From the NCBI GenBank assembly GCA_050486505.1, contig JBJHDK010000040.1, positions 1 through 23,881 of the forward strand: 23,881 nt of DNA, in the 5' to 3' direction. The position numbers and the translations under genes were made by a program. The notes below the pieces were generated by a model. It searched no databases, had not been told where the DNA came from, and was given only the letters and a program-made list of their open reading frames with translations. This stretch comes from Fibrobacteria bacterium. Lineage in GTDB: Bacteria > Fibrobacterota > Fibrobacteria > UBA11236. Positions 1 through 11,087 of the stretch are shown in pieces (the stretch's first letter is position 1; each line of letters starts with the position of its first letter).

Positions 1-1818
<1,818 letters not shown>

Positions 1819-2052
1819 AAGTGTGGCAAAAATGCGCTTTTTACGGGGGGTTTCCAAAGGAATCGAAGCGGTGGAGGGGGGAGCCCCTCATTTCGAATCT
1901 GCGGCCCGGCCTGATCCGCGGGCGGGAACTCCCTCCACCCACATGACGTTTCCCGACACACTTCAGAAGGCTCGGTGCGGGAGCTCGGCGCGAGCCCGTT
2001 CGGCCTGCGGCCGATTATTGGCCTGCCTTCGGCGAGATCCGTACGGTCGTCG

Positions 2053-2640
2053 CTATTTGATCCAAATCGTCCAGTCGGAATCGTTCGGCCCGCTGCCGTT
2101 AAGCTCGGTGCAGTTACCGCTGTAGAGGTTTATCTTGTCCGGCGAGCAAAGCCCGTAACACAACGGGTAAACGTCGTTACAGGTTTCGAACGACGTGTCG
2201 GTGACGTTCCGCAGCGCGACTGCATGGCTGCTGCCGCGACTCACCCTGTTCAGCGAATCGACCGGCAGGCACTCGGTGTTCCAGCTGGAACCGGATGCAT
2301 TCCTGGTCCTTTTGTGAAGCTGCTTTTCGGGCCTTTGTTGCGATGTGAAGGCGTACCAAGGGCCTTCGAGGAGGAAGGTCGGGCAGCCGGGGCGATCCAG
2401 CAAGACATCGAAATAACGATTGCCGGAAGCCGAGAAATCGGTGAAGAACAGCGCGCTGTCGCGGCTCACCGAATCCAGCTCGGCGGCCTTGTAGTAACGC
2501 CCCGGCGCGATGGGGTACTCCTTGACGACATCTTCACTGGCAGGGATGATGCAGCCGCCCGGAACCACGATCGATAGCGCGACTGCCGTAACGAATGACA
2601 ATGTTGGATACCATCGGATGGTGCGCGTGTTTGTGTTCAT
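2053..2640 (-). CDS. Hypothetical lipoprotein, Cys-rich
   Basis: Basic N-terminus plus hydrophobic stretch ending VPGGC (lipobox-like); six further Cys; fills the gap between glyQS and tpx; no family recognised. Confidence 0.65.
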   Translation of the reverse strand: MNTNTRTIRWYPTLSFVTAVALSIVVPGGCIIPASEDVVKEYPIAPGRYYKAAELDSVSRDSALFFTDFSASGNRYFDVLLDRPGCPTFLLEGPWYAFTSQQRPEKQLHKRTRNASGSSWNTECLPVDSLNRVSRGSSHAVALRNVTDTSFETCNDVYPLCYGLCSPDKINLYSGNCTELNGSGPNDSDWTIWIK

Positions 2641-2820
2641 TGTGACAGGAATGTAGCGTGCAAACGACCGGATCGCTACGGGTTTTCGCGCCGTTTCTTA
2701 CGGGACACCTTCCGCTTTTCACCCCGTATTCCCCGAAATCCGGGGGTTCAAACCGCCCGCCCGATGCCCTATATTCCGGTGTGTACCCACAAGAACACGA
2801 ACAACACCAAGGAGAACCCC

Positions 2821-3321
2821 ATGGCCACAGTCACCCTCAAGGGCAACCCCCTCAAAACCCTCGGCGATCTTCCGAAGGTCGGCAGTCAGGCGCCTGATTT
2901 CAAGCTCCCGACACGCGACCTGTCCGATGTCACGCTCAAGGACTTCGCGGGCAAGAAAGTCATCCTCAACATCTTCCCCAGCATCGACACCGGCACCTGC
3001 GCGACCTCGGTGCGCACCTTCAACAAGCAGGCGAGCGAGATGCCGGGTGTGGTTGTCGTGGGCGTGTCAAAAGACCTTCCCTTCGCATTGAATCGTTTCT
3101 GCGGCGCGGAGGGCATCGACAAGGTCGTGACCACCTCGTCCTTGCGCGACGATTCATTCGGCAAGAATTATGGGGTGACCTTCGTCGACGGCCCGCTGGC
3201 GGGGGTGTTCTCCCGTGCGGTCGTGGTGATCGGAGAAGACGGCAAGGTGCTGCACGCCGAGCAGGTTGCGGAGACTGCGGACGAGCCCGATTACAAGGCC
3301 GCGATGGATGCGGTGAAGTAA
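2821..3321 (+). CDS. tpx: Thiol peroxidase (atypical 2-Cys peroxiredoxin)
   Basis: MATVTLKGNP...FPSIDTGTCATSVRTFN...SKDLPFALNRFCGAEG...EPDY; AAGGAG RBS before ATG 2821, so the ORF-track start at 2764 is too long. Confidence 0.96.
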   Translation: MATVTLKGNPLKTLGDLPKVGSQAPDFKLPTRDLSDVTLKDFAGKKVILNIFPSIDTGTCATSVRTFNKQASEMPGVVVVGVSKDLPFALNRFCGAEGIDKVVTTSSLRDDSFGKNYGVTFVDGPLAGVFSRAVVVIGEDGKVLHAEQVAETADEPDYKAAMDAVK

Positions 3322-3476
3322 CAGGAGAATTGGGAATTACGAATTACGAATTACGAATGATGGGGGGCTGGTAGAGGGAGGCGCTTTGTGAGTAGGCCGG
3401 CAATGCGCATAGGTGCTTCACGCAAACACACCTGTGCTCAATTCTTAATTCGTAATTCTTAATTCGTAATTCCCTG
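3322..3476 (+). repeat. Heptamer-armed inverted-repeat element, copy 1
   Basis: Left arm GAATTGG-(GAATTAC)x3-GAATGAT; core contains CTTCACGCAAA (3416-3426); right arm TCAATTC-TTAATTC-GTAATTC-TTAATTC-GTAATTC; ends CAGG...CCTG. Confidence 0.9.
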
Positions 3477-4148
3477 AACGTCCGTCAATACTCCCGCGTC
3501 CATCTCCAGCCGTCGGTACGGCAGCTTTTCGATCAGCGGCAGGTCGTGCGTCGCCATCAGCACCGCGGTGCCTCCCGCGTGGATGTCCTGGAAAATGCGA
3601 AGGATGTCGCGCGAGGTCTCCGGGTCGAGGTTGCCGGTCGGCTCGTCGGCCAGCACGGCGTAGGGCTCGTTGGCCATGGCGCGGGCGATCGCCACCCGCT
3701 GCTGTTCGCCCCCCGAAAGCTCGTGCGGCATGCGCTTTGCCTTCGCGGACAAGCGCACCAACGCGAGGACTTCATACACGCGTTGCTTGACGCGCGCCTG
3801 TGGCGCGTCGGCCACACGCAAGGCGAGAGCGACGTTCTCGAACACGTTCCGGTCACTCAACAGTTTGAAATCCTGGAAGACGATCCCGAGGCGGCGGCGC
3901 AGCGCCTGTACCTTCGCCGTCGAGAGCTTGCGGTCCGACCGGTAATCGAAACCCGGACCCGCGGAGACCGTCACAAGACCGGAGTCGGGCTTTTCGTCCA
4001 TGTAAACCATGCGCAGGATCGTGCTTTTGCCTGCGCCGCTGGGGCCGGTGAGCAAGACGAACTCACCGCGGTCAAGGCGAAAGCTCACGCCGTCGAGAGC
4101 CTTCCAACCCCCCGTGTATTCCTTGCTGACGTCGGCGAATTCGATCAT
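3459..4148 (-). CDS. ftsE: Cell division ATP-binding protein FtsE (ABC ATPase)
   Basis: Walker A GPSGAGKS, LRRRLGIVFQDFKLL, LSGGEQQRVAIARA, ADEPTGNLDPETS, LMATHD; start overlaps the upstream stop (ATGA). Confidence 0.88.
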   Translation of the reverse strand: MIEFADVSKEYTGGWKALDGVSFRLDRGEFVLLTGPSGAGKSTILRMVYMDEKPDSGLVTVSAGPGFDYRSDRKLSTAKVQALRRRLGIVFQDFKLLSDRNVFENVALALRVADAPQARVKQRVYEVLALVRLSAKAKRMPHELSGGEQQRVAIARAMANEPYAVLADEPTGNLDPETSRDILRIFQDIHAGGTAVLMATHDLPLIEKLPYRRLEMDAGVLTDVQGITN

Positions 4149-4981
4149 GGTGTGCGTGGCCCCCGGGAACCGGCCGTGCGGGAGGTGCGACGGGCTTCGG
4201 ACTTTTGCAGCACGAAGTGCAGGCGCTCGTTCCGGTCGGTTCCGGGCTCCAAGGTAAAATCCGCGAGCCGCGCCTGGACCGAAAACCCCGCTTCGTGTGC
4301 GGTTTTTCCGAGGAAGGCCGCCGGCCAGATACGCTGGCGGTGGACTTCCTCGCGGCGGTCGAACCGGCCGTCCGGGCCCTCCGTGAAGAATGTAAAGAGA
4401 TTCAGCTGCGTGCGCGTCTCGGCATCGTAGCGGCTCGCGCGGACCACTGCGCCGTGTTCCGTTTCCATGTAGTCCAGTGCATCGGCGAAATAGCGCCGCG
4501 AGCAGGTCGCGGTGGTCACGTCGAAGAGGAAAATCCCGCCGGGTTTGAGCACGCGCAAGACTTCGTCCATCAAGCGGCGTACATCGTCGGGTCGGGTGAG
4601 ATAGTTGAGACTGTCATACACCATCAATACCAGGTCGAACCCGCCGTCGTTCTCGCCGCCGTCATGAAAGGGGAGAGCGGTGGCGTCGCACGCGGCACGG
4701 CGGAGGGTCTCATCCACCGAGCCGTGATCCGGCTGTGCGGTACGCAGCATGTCGAAGCTCAGGTCGGTGTGCACGGAGAACGCATTGCGCCACAGCGGTC
4801 CGACGGGGGGACGGGCCAGGCGGCAGGTGCCCGCAGCCAATTCCAGGATCCGCCGCGGGGGTTTGTTGCGAGTCGTGCGCCAGAGCTTGCGCAGGTGCCG
4901 CGCCCAGCCGGGGTAATCGACGTGCGCCATCACGGCATCGTAGTGCGGGGCGAGGGAGGTGTAGGGGGCGGAAGAGGGCAT
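4145..4981 (-). CDS. Class I SAM-dependent methyltransferase
   Basis: YTSLAPHYDAVMAHVDY, motif I ILELAAGT, DLSFDML, FDLVLMVYDSLNYL, LKPGGIFLFD, EEVHRQR. Confidence 0.88.
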   Translation of the reverse strand: MPSSAPYTSLAPHYDAVMAHVDYPGWARHLRKLWRTTRNKPPRRILELAAGTCRLARPPVGPLWRNAFSVHTDLSFDMLRTAQPDHGSVDETLRRAACDATALPFHDGGENDGGFDLVLMVYDSLNYLTRPDDVRRLMDEVLRVLKPGGIFLFDVTTATCSRRYFADALDYMETEHGAVVRASRYDAETRTQLNLFTFFTEGPDGRFDRREEVHRQRIWPAAFLGKTAHEAGFSVQARLADFTLEPGTDRNERLHFVLQKSEARRTSRTAGSRGPRTP

Positions 4982-4987
4982 GGGAAG

Positions 4988-5157
4988 CAGGAATTACGAA
5001 TTACGAATTACGAACTAAGAATCACGAATTAAGAATTGAATGCGGAGGTGGTTTTGCGTGAAGTATCTCCGAGCGTGGCCGGTACCATTCGCAGATCTTC
5101 GTCTTCAAATAGGCTCCATCATTCGTAACTCGCAATTCTTAATTCGTAATTCCCCTG
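4988..5157 (-). repeat. Heptamer-armed inverted-repeat element, copy 2 (opposite orientation)
   Basis: Seven GAATTAC-like units at 4991-5039 and five GTAATTC-like units at 5118-5152. Core TTTGCGTGAAG (5053-5063) is the reverse complement of CTTCACGCAAA. CCATCATTC is the reverse complement of the GAATGATGG boundary seen in copies 1 and 3. Confidence 0.9.
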
Positions 5158-5164
5158 TTCCCTG

Positions 5165-6490
5165 CTATTCGAACTGCTCCAACCGCCTGTCGATATGGAC
5201 TTGCGTGCGCCATGTCTGGATCAGCGCCTCAAGGCGCTCGCCGATGATCCATTCGCGGGCGTATTGGCTGATGAGAGGGAAATCTTCCTCGAGAGAGGGC
5301 TGCCGGATCTCTTCCTTGCGGTCGACGCGGAAGAGGTGCCAGCTGTCGCCGATCAGCACGGGCGTACTGACCCCTCCCTGCGGCAGGGTGTCCACCACCG
5401 CGCGATAAGCACCTGCCAGCGAGTCGCGTGAGAACCATCCCAGGTCGCCGCCCAGGTCGCGGGTTCGCCGGTCGTCGGAGAAGCGGCGCGCGGCGGCGCG
5501 GAAATCCTCCTGCGTGCGGAGCGTGGTGCGCAGGGAATCAAGGAAGTTCCGGGCGCGCACCGTGTCCGCTCCCGAGGGCGTGACGCGCACAAGGATGTGC
5601 GCCGCGCGCACCTCATTGTCGCGCTTCGAGGAGACGCGGATGACGTGAAAGCCGAAGCGCGTGCGCACGGGCCGGCGGGTGTAGTCCCCGGCGTCCAGGG
5701 CAAAGGCGGCGCGCTCGAAATCGGGATCGAGCGTGCCGCGTCGGGTGAAGCCCAGGTCGCCGCCCGCGCGGCCCGATGCGTCGTCGGAGTGCAGGCGGGC
5801 CAGTTCCGCGAAGCTTTCGCCCGCCTGCAGGCGCCTGATCAGGGCCGTCGCACGCTCGCGCGCCGCGTTCTCCAGGGAGTCGCCCGCCTTCACGCGCCAC
5901 TGCAGGTGCGAGAGTCGCGTCACGTTGTATTGCACGGGAAGACTGTCGCGATAGAGTTCGAAGAACTCCCTGACCTGAAGCTGCGACGGCTGGGGGTCCC
6001 CCACATACTTCATCTGCAGGCGCTGCCGGAGCATGTTCTCTCGCACTTGCTCGGCCATGCGCGCGCGGAACTGGCCCAGCGACATTCCGGTGGCTTGGCG
6101 CAGCGCGGCCTCGAGTTGGCGCTCGCCGCCCTGTTGCTGGACGAGCCTCGCGTACATGTCGGAAACGCGGGCATCCACATCGCGCTCCGACACGACGATG
6201 GTGGTGTCTTGGCGTGCCCGGGAAAGAACGACCTTGTCGTCGATGATGCGCTCCAGCGCCTCGGCGCGTTGTTCCCGCAGCGACATTTGGGCGAAGCCCG
6301 GGCGCTGCTGTGCCATTCCCTGTCGCAATTCCTCAAGCTCGGAGAACAGGACAGTCGATCCGCCCACCACGGCGACCACCCCTTCCACTGGCGTCCGTGC
6401 CTGAAGCTGCGGGGCAGAGAAAAGAGTAATGGCGAAAATACCCGCGATCATTCGCGCGGGAGAGGAGGAACACGAGCGCATGGGGGTCAT
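5165..6490 (-). CDS. surA: SurA-like periplasmic chaperone / parvulin PPIase with two rotamase domains
   Basis: Signal peptide; VEGVVAVVG SurA-N start; two PpiC domains (FAELARLHSDD...GGDLGF...TRFGFHVI; AAHIL...RFSDD...GGDLGWF). Confidence 0.88.
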   Translation of the reverse strand: MTPMRSCSSSPARMIAGIFAITLFSAPQLQARTPVEGVVAVVGGSTVLFSELEELRQGMAQQRPGFAQMSLREQRAEALERIIDDKVVLSRARQDTTIVVSERDVDARVSDMYARLVQQQGGERQLEAALRQATGMSLGQFRARMAEQVRENMLRQRLQMKYVGDPQPSQLQVREFFELYRDSLPVQYNVTRLSHLQWRVKAGDSLENAARERATALIRRLQAGESFAELARLHSDDASGRAGGDLGFTRRGTLDPDFERAAFALDAGDYTRRPVRTRFGFHVIRVSSKRDNEVRAAHILVRVTPSGADTVRARNFLDSLRTTLRTQEDFRAAARRFSDDRRTRDLGGDLGWFSRDSLAGAYRAVVDTLPQGGVSTPVLIGDSWHLFRVDRKEEIRQPSLEEDFPLISQYAREWIIGERLEALIQTWRTQVHIDRRLEQFE

Positions 6491-7416
6491 TCTCCGGGGT
6501 AACTCTCGTCGGGGGGAAGTTCGGAGTCGTCACCCTGTTGGGGGAGCGTTCCCGCAGCCTCCGTTCCCGGGATGAGATCCACGTTGAGGCGGATGGCCAC
6601 ACCTTCCTTGTATTGCCTGATCTTGCTTTCGCGCATACGCTCGCGGTGCTGCATCGCGAGTTGCGCGCTGATGACCGCGCGGACTTCCGCGAACGGCAAG
6701 GGCGTGCCGGCCTCGAGGCGCTCCTGCAGGCGGACGAGGTAGATGCCATCGGGACAACTCAGCGGGTTCGACAGCCAGCCCGCCTGCGCTTCGAGCATTT
6801 CGTGGAGGCAGGAGGGGATCTCGGCAGGGCGACGGAAGGGGATGTGGGCCATGTCGAGGCCGGCGTCAAGGGAGTGCTCGGCGGCCAGGGTGGCGAAGTT
6901 GTTGCCCCGCACGCGTCGGCGGATATCGAGCGCCTCGCGTAGCGTGGCCACGCGGATGTGCATGTAGCGATACTCGGGCGCGCGGCGGCGGAACTCGGTC
7001 TTGTTGTTCTCGTAGTAGCGCATCATCGTGCCCTCGTCGGGTTCGGTGAGCGCCCCCGCGGAGGTTTCCCGCGCCATCAGTTCCTCCACGAGCATGCGCC
7101 GCTGCAGTCGCTCGAGCTTCCGCTTCACCTGGGGATCCTCGTGCAGCCGCCGCCTCAGAGCCTCCTGGTGCACGGCCTCGTCGTCGATCCAGCGCTGGAT
7201 CAGGTCGAGGTACTGCTCCCTCGGCAGGATTTGTTCGTATTCCTCCGGGAAGATTTCGCGCAATTCTTCCAGTGTCAGAACCGCGTCGTCGACCTGTGCC
7301 AGCACGATGCCGGGTTCCTCCGCCTTTTGGCAGCCGGTGAGTCCGGTGAAAAGCAGGCCCGCGAAAACGGACATACAGACGATGGGTGCCCAGGCACGGA
7401 ATCGCGAAAATCGCAT
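6487..7416 (-). CDS. PpiC/PrsA-like peptidyl-prolyl isomerase lipoprotein (degenerate rotamase)
   Basis: MRFSRFRAW...LLFTGLTGC lipobox; VLAQVDDAVLT, YMHIRV, FATLAAEHSLD, LPFAEVRAVI. Start reassigned to ATG 7416 because the longer ORF-track N-terminus is translated repeat DNA. Confidence 0.78.
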   Translation of the reverse strand: MRFSRFRAWAPIVCMSVFAGLLFTGLTGCQKAEEPGIVLAQVDDAVLTLEELREIFPEEYEQILPREQYLDLIQRWIDDEAVHQEALRRRLHEDPQVKRKLERLQRRMLVEELMARETSAGALTEPDEGTMMRYYENNKTEFRRRAPEYRYMHIRVATLREALDIRRRVRGNNFATLAAEHSLDAGLDMAHIPFRRPAEIPSCLHEMLEAQAGWLSNPLSCPDGIYLVRLQERLEAGTPLPFAEVRAVISAQLAMQHRERMRESKIRQYKEGVAIRLNVDLIPGTEAAGTLPQQGDDSELPPDESYPGE

Positions 7417-7484
7417 CAAATCAGGGGAAGAAATCGGGGGGGACACGGGGGGAATATACGAAATTGGGGAACCGGGGGCGGCGA

Positions 7485-7607
7485 CGGGCCGGAGTCGAAG
7501 TATGTACACCAGGGACGGGATGGACTTATTGGACAGTGTTTCGTCCATTAAGTCCATCCCGTCCATCTGGTCCACGGTGTTTCTGCCCATCCTTCGGCTC
7601 CGGCCCG
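7485..7607. repeat. Nested inverted-repeat element with GTCCATnnn nonamers, overlapping the mfd 3' end
   Basis: Inner stem 7513-7534 / 7543-7564 (21 of 22 bp pair, 8-nt loop). Outer arms CGGGCCGGAGTCGAAGTATG (7485-7504) / CATCCTTCGGCTCCGGCCCG (7588-7607), 18 of 20 pair. Confidence 0.85.
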
Positions 7608-10600
7608 GTCATTCCTTTCAGAACTTCCGCCGCCATCTCCGTCAGGGCCGCATCGTCGCCGCGCGGGGCGGGGAGTTCGATGCGCAGTTGCAGGGGGTCG
7701 CCGTAGAGGAAGCGCATGGGGAACTTGATGCGGCCGGCGAGCGCGGAGAGATCTTCCCGCCCGGGCATATGGTCGGGCGAGAAGGTCAGCAGCAGCGCCC
7801 CGTCCTTTGCCTCCGCCTTGCGGATGCCGCCGGCCCGACACGCGATGCGGGCCTCCACCGTGCGAAGAAGCATCCGGGCCTCTTCGGGCGGGACACCGAA
7901 GCGGTCCGTGAGCTCGGCCTCCATCCCGGCAACTGCGGGGAAAGATTCCAGGCGCGCGATCTTCTGGTAGAGCGTCGTGCGTTGCAGCGAGTCCTCGACG
8001 TAGGCTTCCGGAAGGTACGCGTCGACGGGGAATTCGATCTCGGGGTTGAGCGGGGGGCGGGGGGCTTCGCCGTGCTGGAGCGTCTGCACGGCTTCTTGCA
8101 CCATACGGCAGTAGGTTTCGTATCCCACCGCGGCGATGTGCCCGCTTTGCTCGATGCCGAGAAGGTTGCCCGCGCCGCGGATCTCCAGGTCGCGCATGGC
8201 GATCTGGAACCCGCTGCCAAGATCGGTGAACTTCTCGAGCGCGAACAACTTGCGCCGCGCATCGTCGGAGAAGCGGTTGGCATCGGGCGCGATCAGGAGG
8301 CAGTGCGCTTGTGCTGCGGAGCGTCCCACCCGGCCACGTAGCTGGTAGAGCTGGCTGAGGCCGAAGAGGTCGGCCCGGTGCACGATGAGCGTGTTCGCGT
8401 TGGGGATGTCGATGCCCGACTCGATGATGGCCGTGCAGCAGAGGACGTCGTACTCGTGGTGGATGAAGGCGGACATGACACGCTCGAGCGCGCCTTCCTC
8501 CATCTGCCCGTGGGCCGTGCCCACGCGTGCGCCGGGAACGAGCTCCTGCACGCGCTCGGCCATCTCGGCCATGTCGCGCACGCGGTTGTGCACGAAGAAG
8601 GCCTGCCCTCCGCGGGCCAGTTCCGCCTCGAGCGCCTCGCGGACGATGGCGGGGTCCCAGTGGACCACCCGGGTCTCGATGGGGAGGCGATTGCGAGGCG
8701 GCGTGGCGATCAGCGACAGGTCCCGCGTGCCGAGCAGGGACATGTGCAGGCTGCGGGGGATGGGCGTGGCGGACAGGGAAAGCGTATCCACCTCGGCGCG
8801 TAATTCCTTGAGGCGTTCCTTTTGCTTGACGCCGAACTTCTGTTCCTCGTCCACGACGAGGAGTCCAAGATCATGGAACTTCACGTCTTTCGACAACAGC
8901 CGGTGCGTGCCCACGAGAATGTCGACTTCCCCGCGCGCGACGGCAGCGAGGGTTTCCTTCTGTTCCGCGGAGGTACGAAAGCGGTGCAGGGAGGCGATGC
9001 GCACCGGCCACTCGGCGAAGCGTTCCCTGATGGTCTCGTAGTGCTGTTCCGCGAGGATGGTCGTCGGCGCGAGCAGGGCCACCTGCTTGCGCGCGCACGC
9101 GGCCTTGAAGGCGGCGCGCATGGCCACCTCGGTCTTTCCGAAGCCCACGTCGCCGCACACGAGGCGATCCATGGGACGTTCCGATTCCATGTCGCGCTTG
9201 GTGTCGGCGATCGCCCGGGCCTGATCGGGAGTGAGTTCGAATTCGAAGGAAGCCTCGAACTCCCGCTGCAACTCTCCATCGGGAGAGAACGCGAATCCCC
9301 TGGCGACGGAGCGGCGGGCGTAGAGCTCGATGAGCTCGCGCACCAGCACCACGATGGCCTTGCGCGTTTTTTCCTTTGCGTTTTCCCATGCCTTGCCCCC
9401 GAGCTTCGAGAGAACGGGAACGTGCCCCTCCTCTCCCGAAAACTTCTCGAGCTTGGCCAGATCCGACACGGGCAGGGTGAGCTTGTCGCCGTCCCTGTAA
9501 TCGAGCAGGATGCAGTCGACCTCGTGATTGCCCACGCGCATGCGGCGAATGCCGGTGAATCGTCCCACGCCGTAGGCTTCGTGCACCACGAAGTCGCCGC
9601 GGTGCAGGGCCTCGAAGTCGGGAATGGCGACGCCGCCGCCCCGGTGCTTGCGCTTGCGGCTTGCGCGCGCCATGCGGTTGAAGATCTGGTGGTCGGTGAG
9701 GAGCGCCACGCCCTGTTCGTGGTCGATGAAACCGGAGGCGAGCGCTCCGGTGCAAATCCCTTCGATCCCGAACGGCTCCGCGGTCTTCCACAGGCGTTCG
9801 GCCATGGCGGGGTTGGGGGAGAGCAACCAGATGCGGGTTCCCTCCGCGGCCAGCGCGGTGAGTTGGGGTTCGATGTCGGCCATTCCGGCGCCGCTCCGCT
9901 GCTGCGGGTCGACCCGGAAGACGAGGCTTCCCGGTCCGTCCCAGGCGAGGCGTCCGATGTGGATCGCGGGCCGCGCGCCGATGAGCGCGTGCGCCTCGGC
10001 GGCGCTGAGGAACAGCTGTTCCGGGGTGTTGACGAGGCGCTCCTGTTCTACTGCCGCAGCGTGCCCTGCGCGCGCGGCTTCCCAGGTTTTTTCGAGGGCG
10101 CGGGCGAAGCCTTCCGAGTCGCCCACGATCACCAGTGCCGGAGCGCGCGCGGCCGCTCCGGACTTGCCGTCCGCATGCGGCGCGAGGAAATCAAGGAGGG
10201 AATGATTGAGCTCGCGGAACAGGGCCTTCTGCCAGTGGATGCCAGTCAGGTCGCGCTTGCGCGTGAGCCGGTGCAGCTCGGCCTCGTAGGCCGCTTCGCC
10301 TCCCAGAATGTCGAGGTGTTCCAGCAATCCTTCCGCGACTTCCGCATCGGTGAGGCAGCATTCATCCTGCGGCAGCAGCGCGACGGATCCGGTTTCGCGG
10401 ATGGAGCGCTGCGAGAAGATATCGAACTCGCGAATGGATTCGATGACGTCGCCGTCAAGAACGATGCGCACGGGGTTCTCGGCGAGGAAGGGGTAAATGT
10501 CGAGGATCTCGCCGCGCACACTGAAATCCCCGATGTCCTGCACGACGGAGTCTTCGTGGAATCCGAGCGCGCCCGCGGCCTCCCTGAACGAACCGGGATC

Positions 10601-11065
10601 CAGCGAATCGCCGACGCGCAGCTCCACGATTTCACGGTGCAGGCTTTGCGGGCTCTGGAAGCGTTCGAGAAAGGCGGAGGCGGTGACGACGGTGACGGCG
10701 CGTTGACCGCGGTAAAGTGCCTCGAATGCCTCCAGTCGCCGCTCGCGCACCTGTCCGAAGGGCTCGCGCCATTCGTAGGGCTTGAGTTCGAGGCCGGGAA
10801 AGCGAATGACCGCTTCTTCACCCAGCCATGCCGCAAGGTCGTCCGCCATGGCTTCGGCATCTTTCGCGTCGGGCGCGATGTAGAGGATCGGCGCACCGTC
10901 CTTTTCCAGTCTCCGGAACTGCGCGGCCACGAGCGCGGAAGCGGCTGATCCCGCGAGCCCTGCGACGTGCACGGCCTCGCCGGCTACCGGGGCGATGCCC
11001 GCGAAGTCGGGAAAGACGCGTTGATCGAGGAGGTCGGAAAGCGGGAGGACGTGGGAGGAAGACAT
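7526..11065 (-). CDS. mfd: Transcription-repair coupling factor
   Basis: UvrB-like N-terminus (GDFSVRGEILDIYP), CarD/RID region (GDFVVHEAYGVG), MDRLVCGDVGFGKTEVA, DEEQKFGV, SATPIPR, QLRGRVGR, DLEIRGAGNLLG, TRCF C-terminal domain. Confidence 0.98.
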   Translation of the reverse strand: MSSSHVLPLSDLLDQRVFPDFAGIAPVAGEAVHVAGLAGSAASALVAAQFRRLEKDGAPILYIAPDAKDAEAMADDLAAWLGEEAVIRFPGLELKPYEWREPFGQVRERRLEAFEALYRGQRAVTVVTASAFLERFQSPQSLHREIVELRVGDSLDPGSFREAAGALGFHEDSVVQDIGDFSVRGEILDIYPFLAENPVRIVLDGDVIESIREFDIFSQRSIRETGSVALLPQDECCLTDAEVAEGLLEHLDILGGEAAYEAELHRLTRKRDLTGIHWQKALFRELNHSLLDFLAPHADGKSGAAARAPALVIVGDSEGFARALEKTWEAARAGHAAAVEQERLVNTPEQLFLSAAEAHALIGARPAIHIGRLAWDGPGSLVFRVDPQQRSGAGMADIEPQLTALAAEGTRIWLLSPNPAMAERLWKTAEPFGIEGICTGALASGFIDHEQGVALLTDHQIFNRMARASRKRKHRGGGVAIPDFEALHRGDFVVHEAYGVGRFTGIRRMRVGNHEVDCILLDYRDGDKLTLPVSDLAKLEKFSGEEGHVPVLSKLGGKAWENAKEKTRKAIVVLVRELIELYARRSVARGFAFSPDGELQREFEASFEFELTPDQARAIADTKRDMESERPMDRLVCGDVGFGKTEVAMRAAFKAACARKQVALLAPTTILAEQHYETIRERFAEWPVRIASLHRFRTSAEQKETLAAVARGEVDILVGTHRLLSKDVKFHDLGLLVVDEEQKFGVKQKERLKELRAEVDTLSLSATPIPRSLHMSLLGTRDLSLIATPPRNRLPIETRVVHWDPAIVREALEAELARGGQAFFVHNRVRDMAEMAERVQELVPGARVGTAHGQMEEGALERVMSAFIHHEYDVLCCTAIIESGIDIPNANTLIVHRADLFGLSQLYQLRGRVGRSAAQAHCLLIAPDANRFSDDARRKLFALEKFTDLGSGFQIAMRDLEIRGAGNLLGIEQSGHIAAVGYETYCRMVQEAVQTLQHGEAPRPPLNPEIEFPVDAYLPEAYVEDSLQRTTLYQKIARLESFPAVAGMEAELTDRFGVPPEEARMLLRTVEARIACRAGGIRKAEAKDGALLLTFSPDHMPGREDLSALAGRIKFPMRFLYGDPLQLRIELPAPRGDDAALTEMAAEVLKGMTGPEPKDGQKHRGPDGRDGLNGRNTVQ

Positions 11066-11087
11066 CGGGGAGGGAAAAGGTAGTTGG

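Noticed and set aside
1870..1939. GGTGGAGGG...CCCTCCACC inverted repeat upstream of glyQS (T-box or riboswitch?)
   Set aside because: Only 9 bp, with no T-box or glycine-riboswitch consensus recognised; it also lies upstream of the likely promoter.
3327..3472. Heptamer arrays as a CRISPR array
   Set aside because: Units are 7-nt tandem repeats without unique spacers; no cas genes.
7417..7590. Long N-terminal extension (MDGMDLMD...) of the 6487..7590 ORF
   Set aside because: It is translated palindromic repeat overlapping mfd; the lipoprotein signal starts at ATG 7416.
8822..10948. 708-aa plus-strand ORF and similar long ORFs (7028..8341, 12350..14593, 20991..22367, 21089..22381)
   Set aside because: Antisense or alternate-frame shadows of mfd, the PPIase, glgX and ndh.
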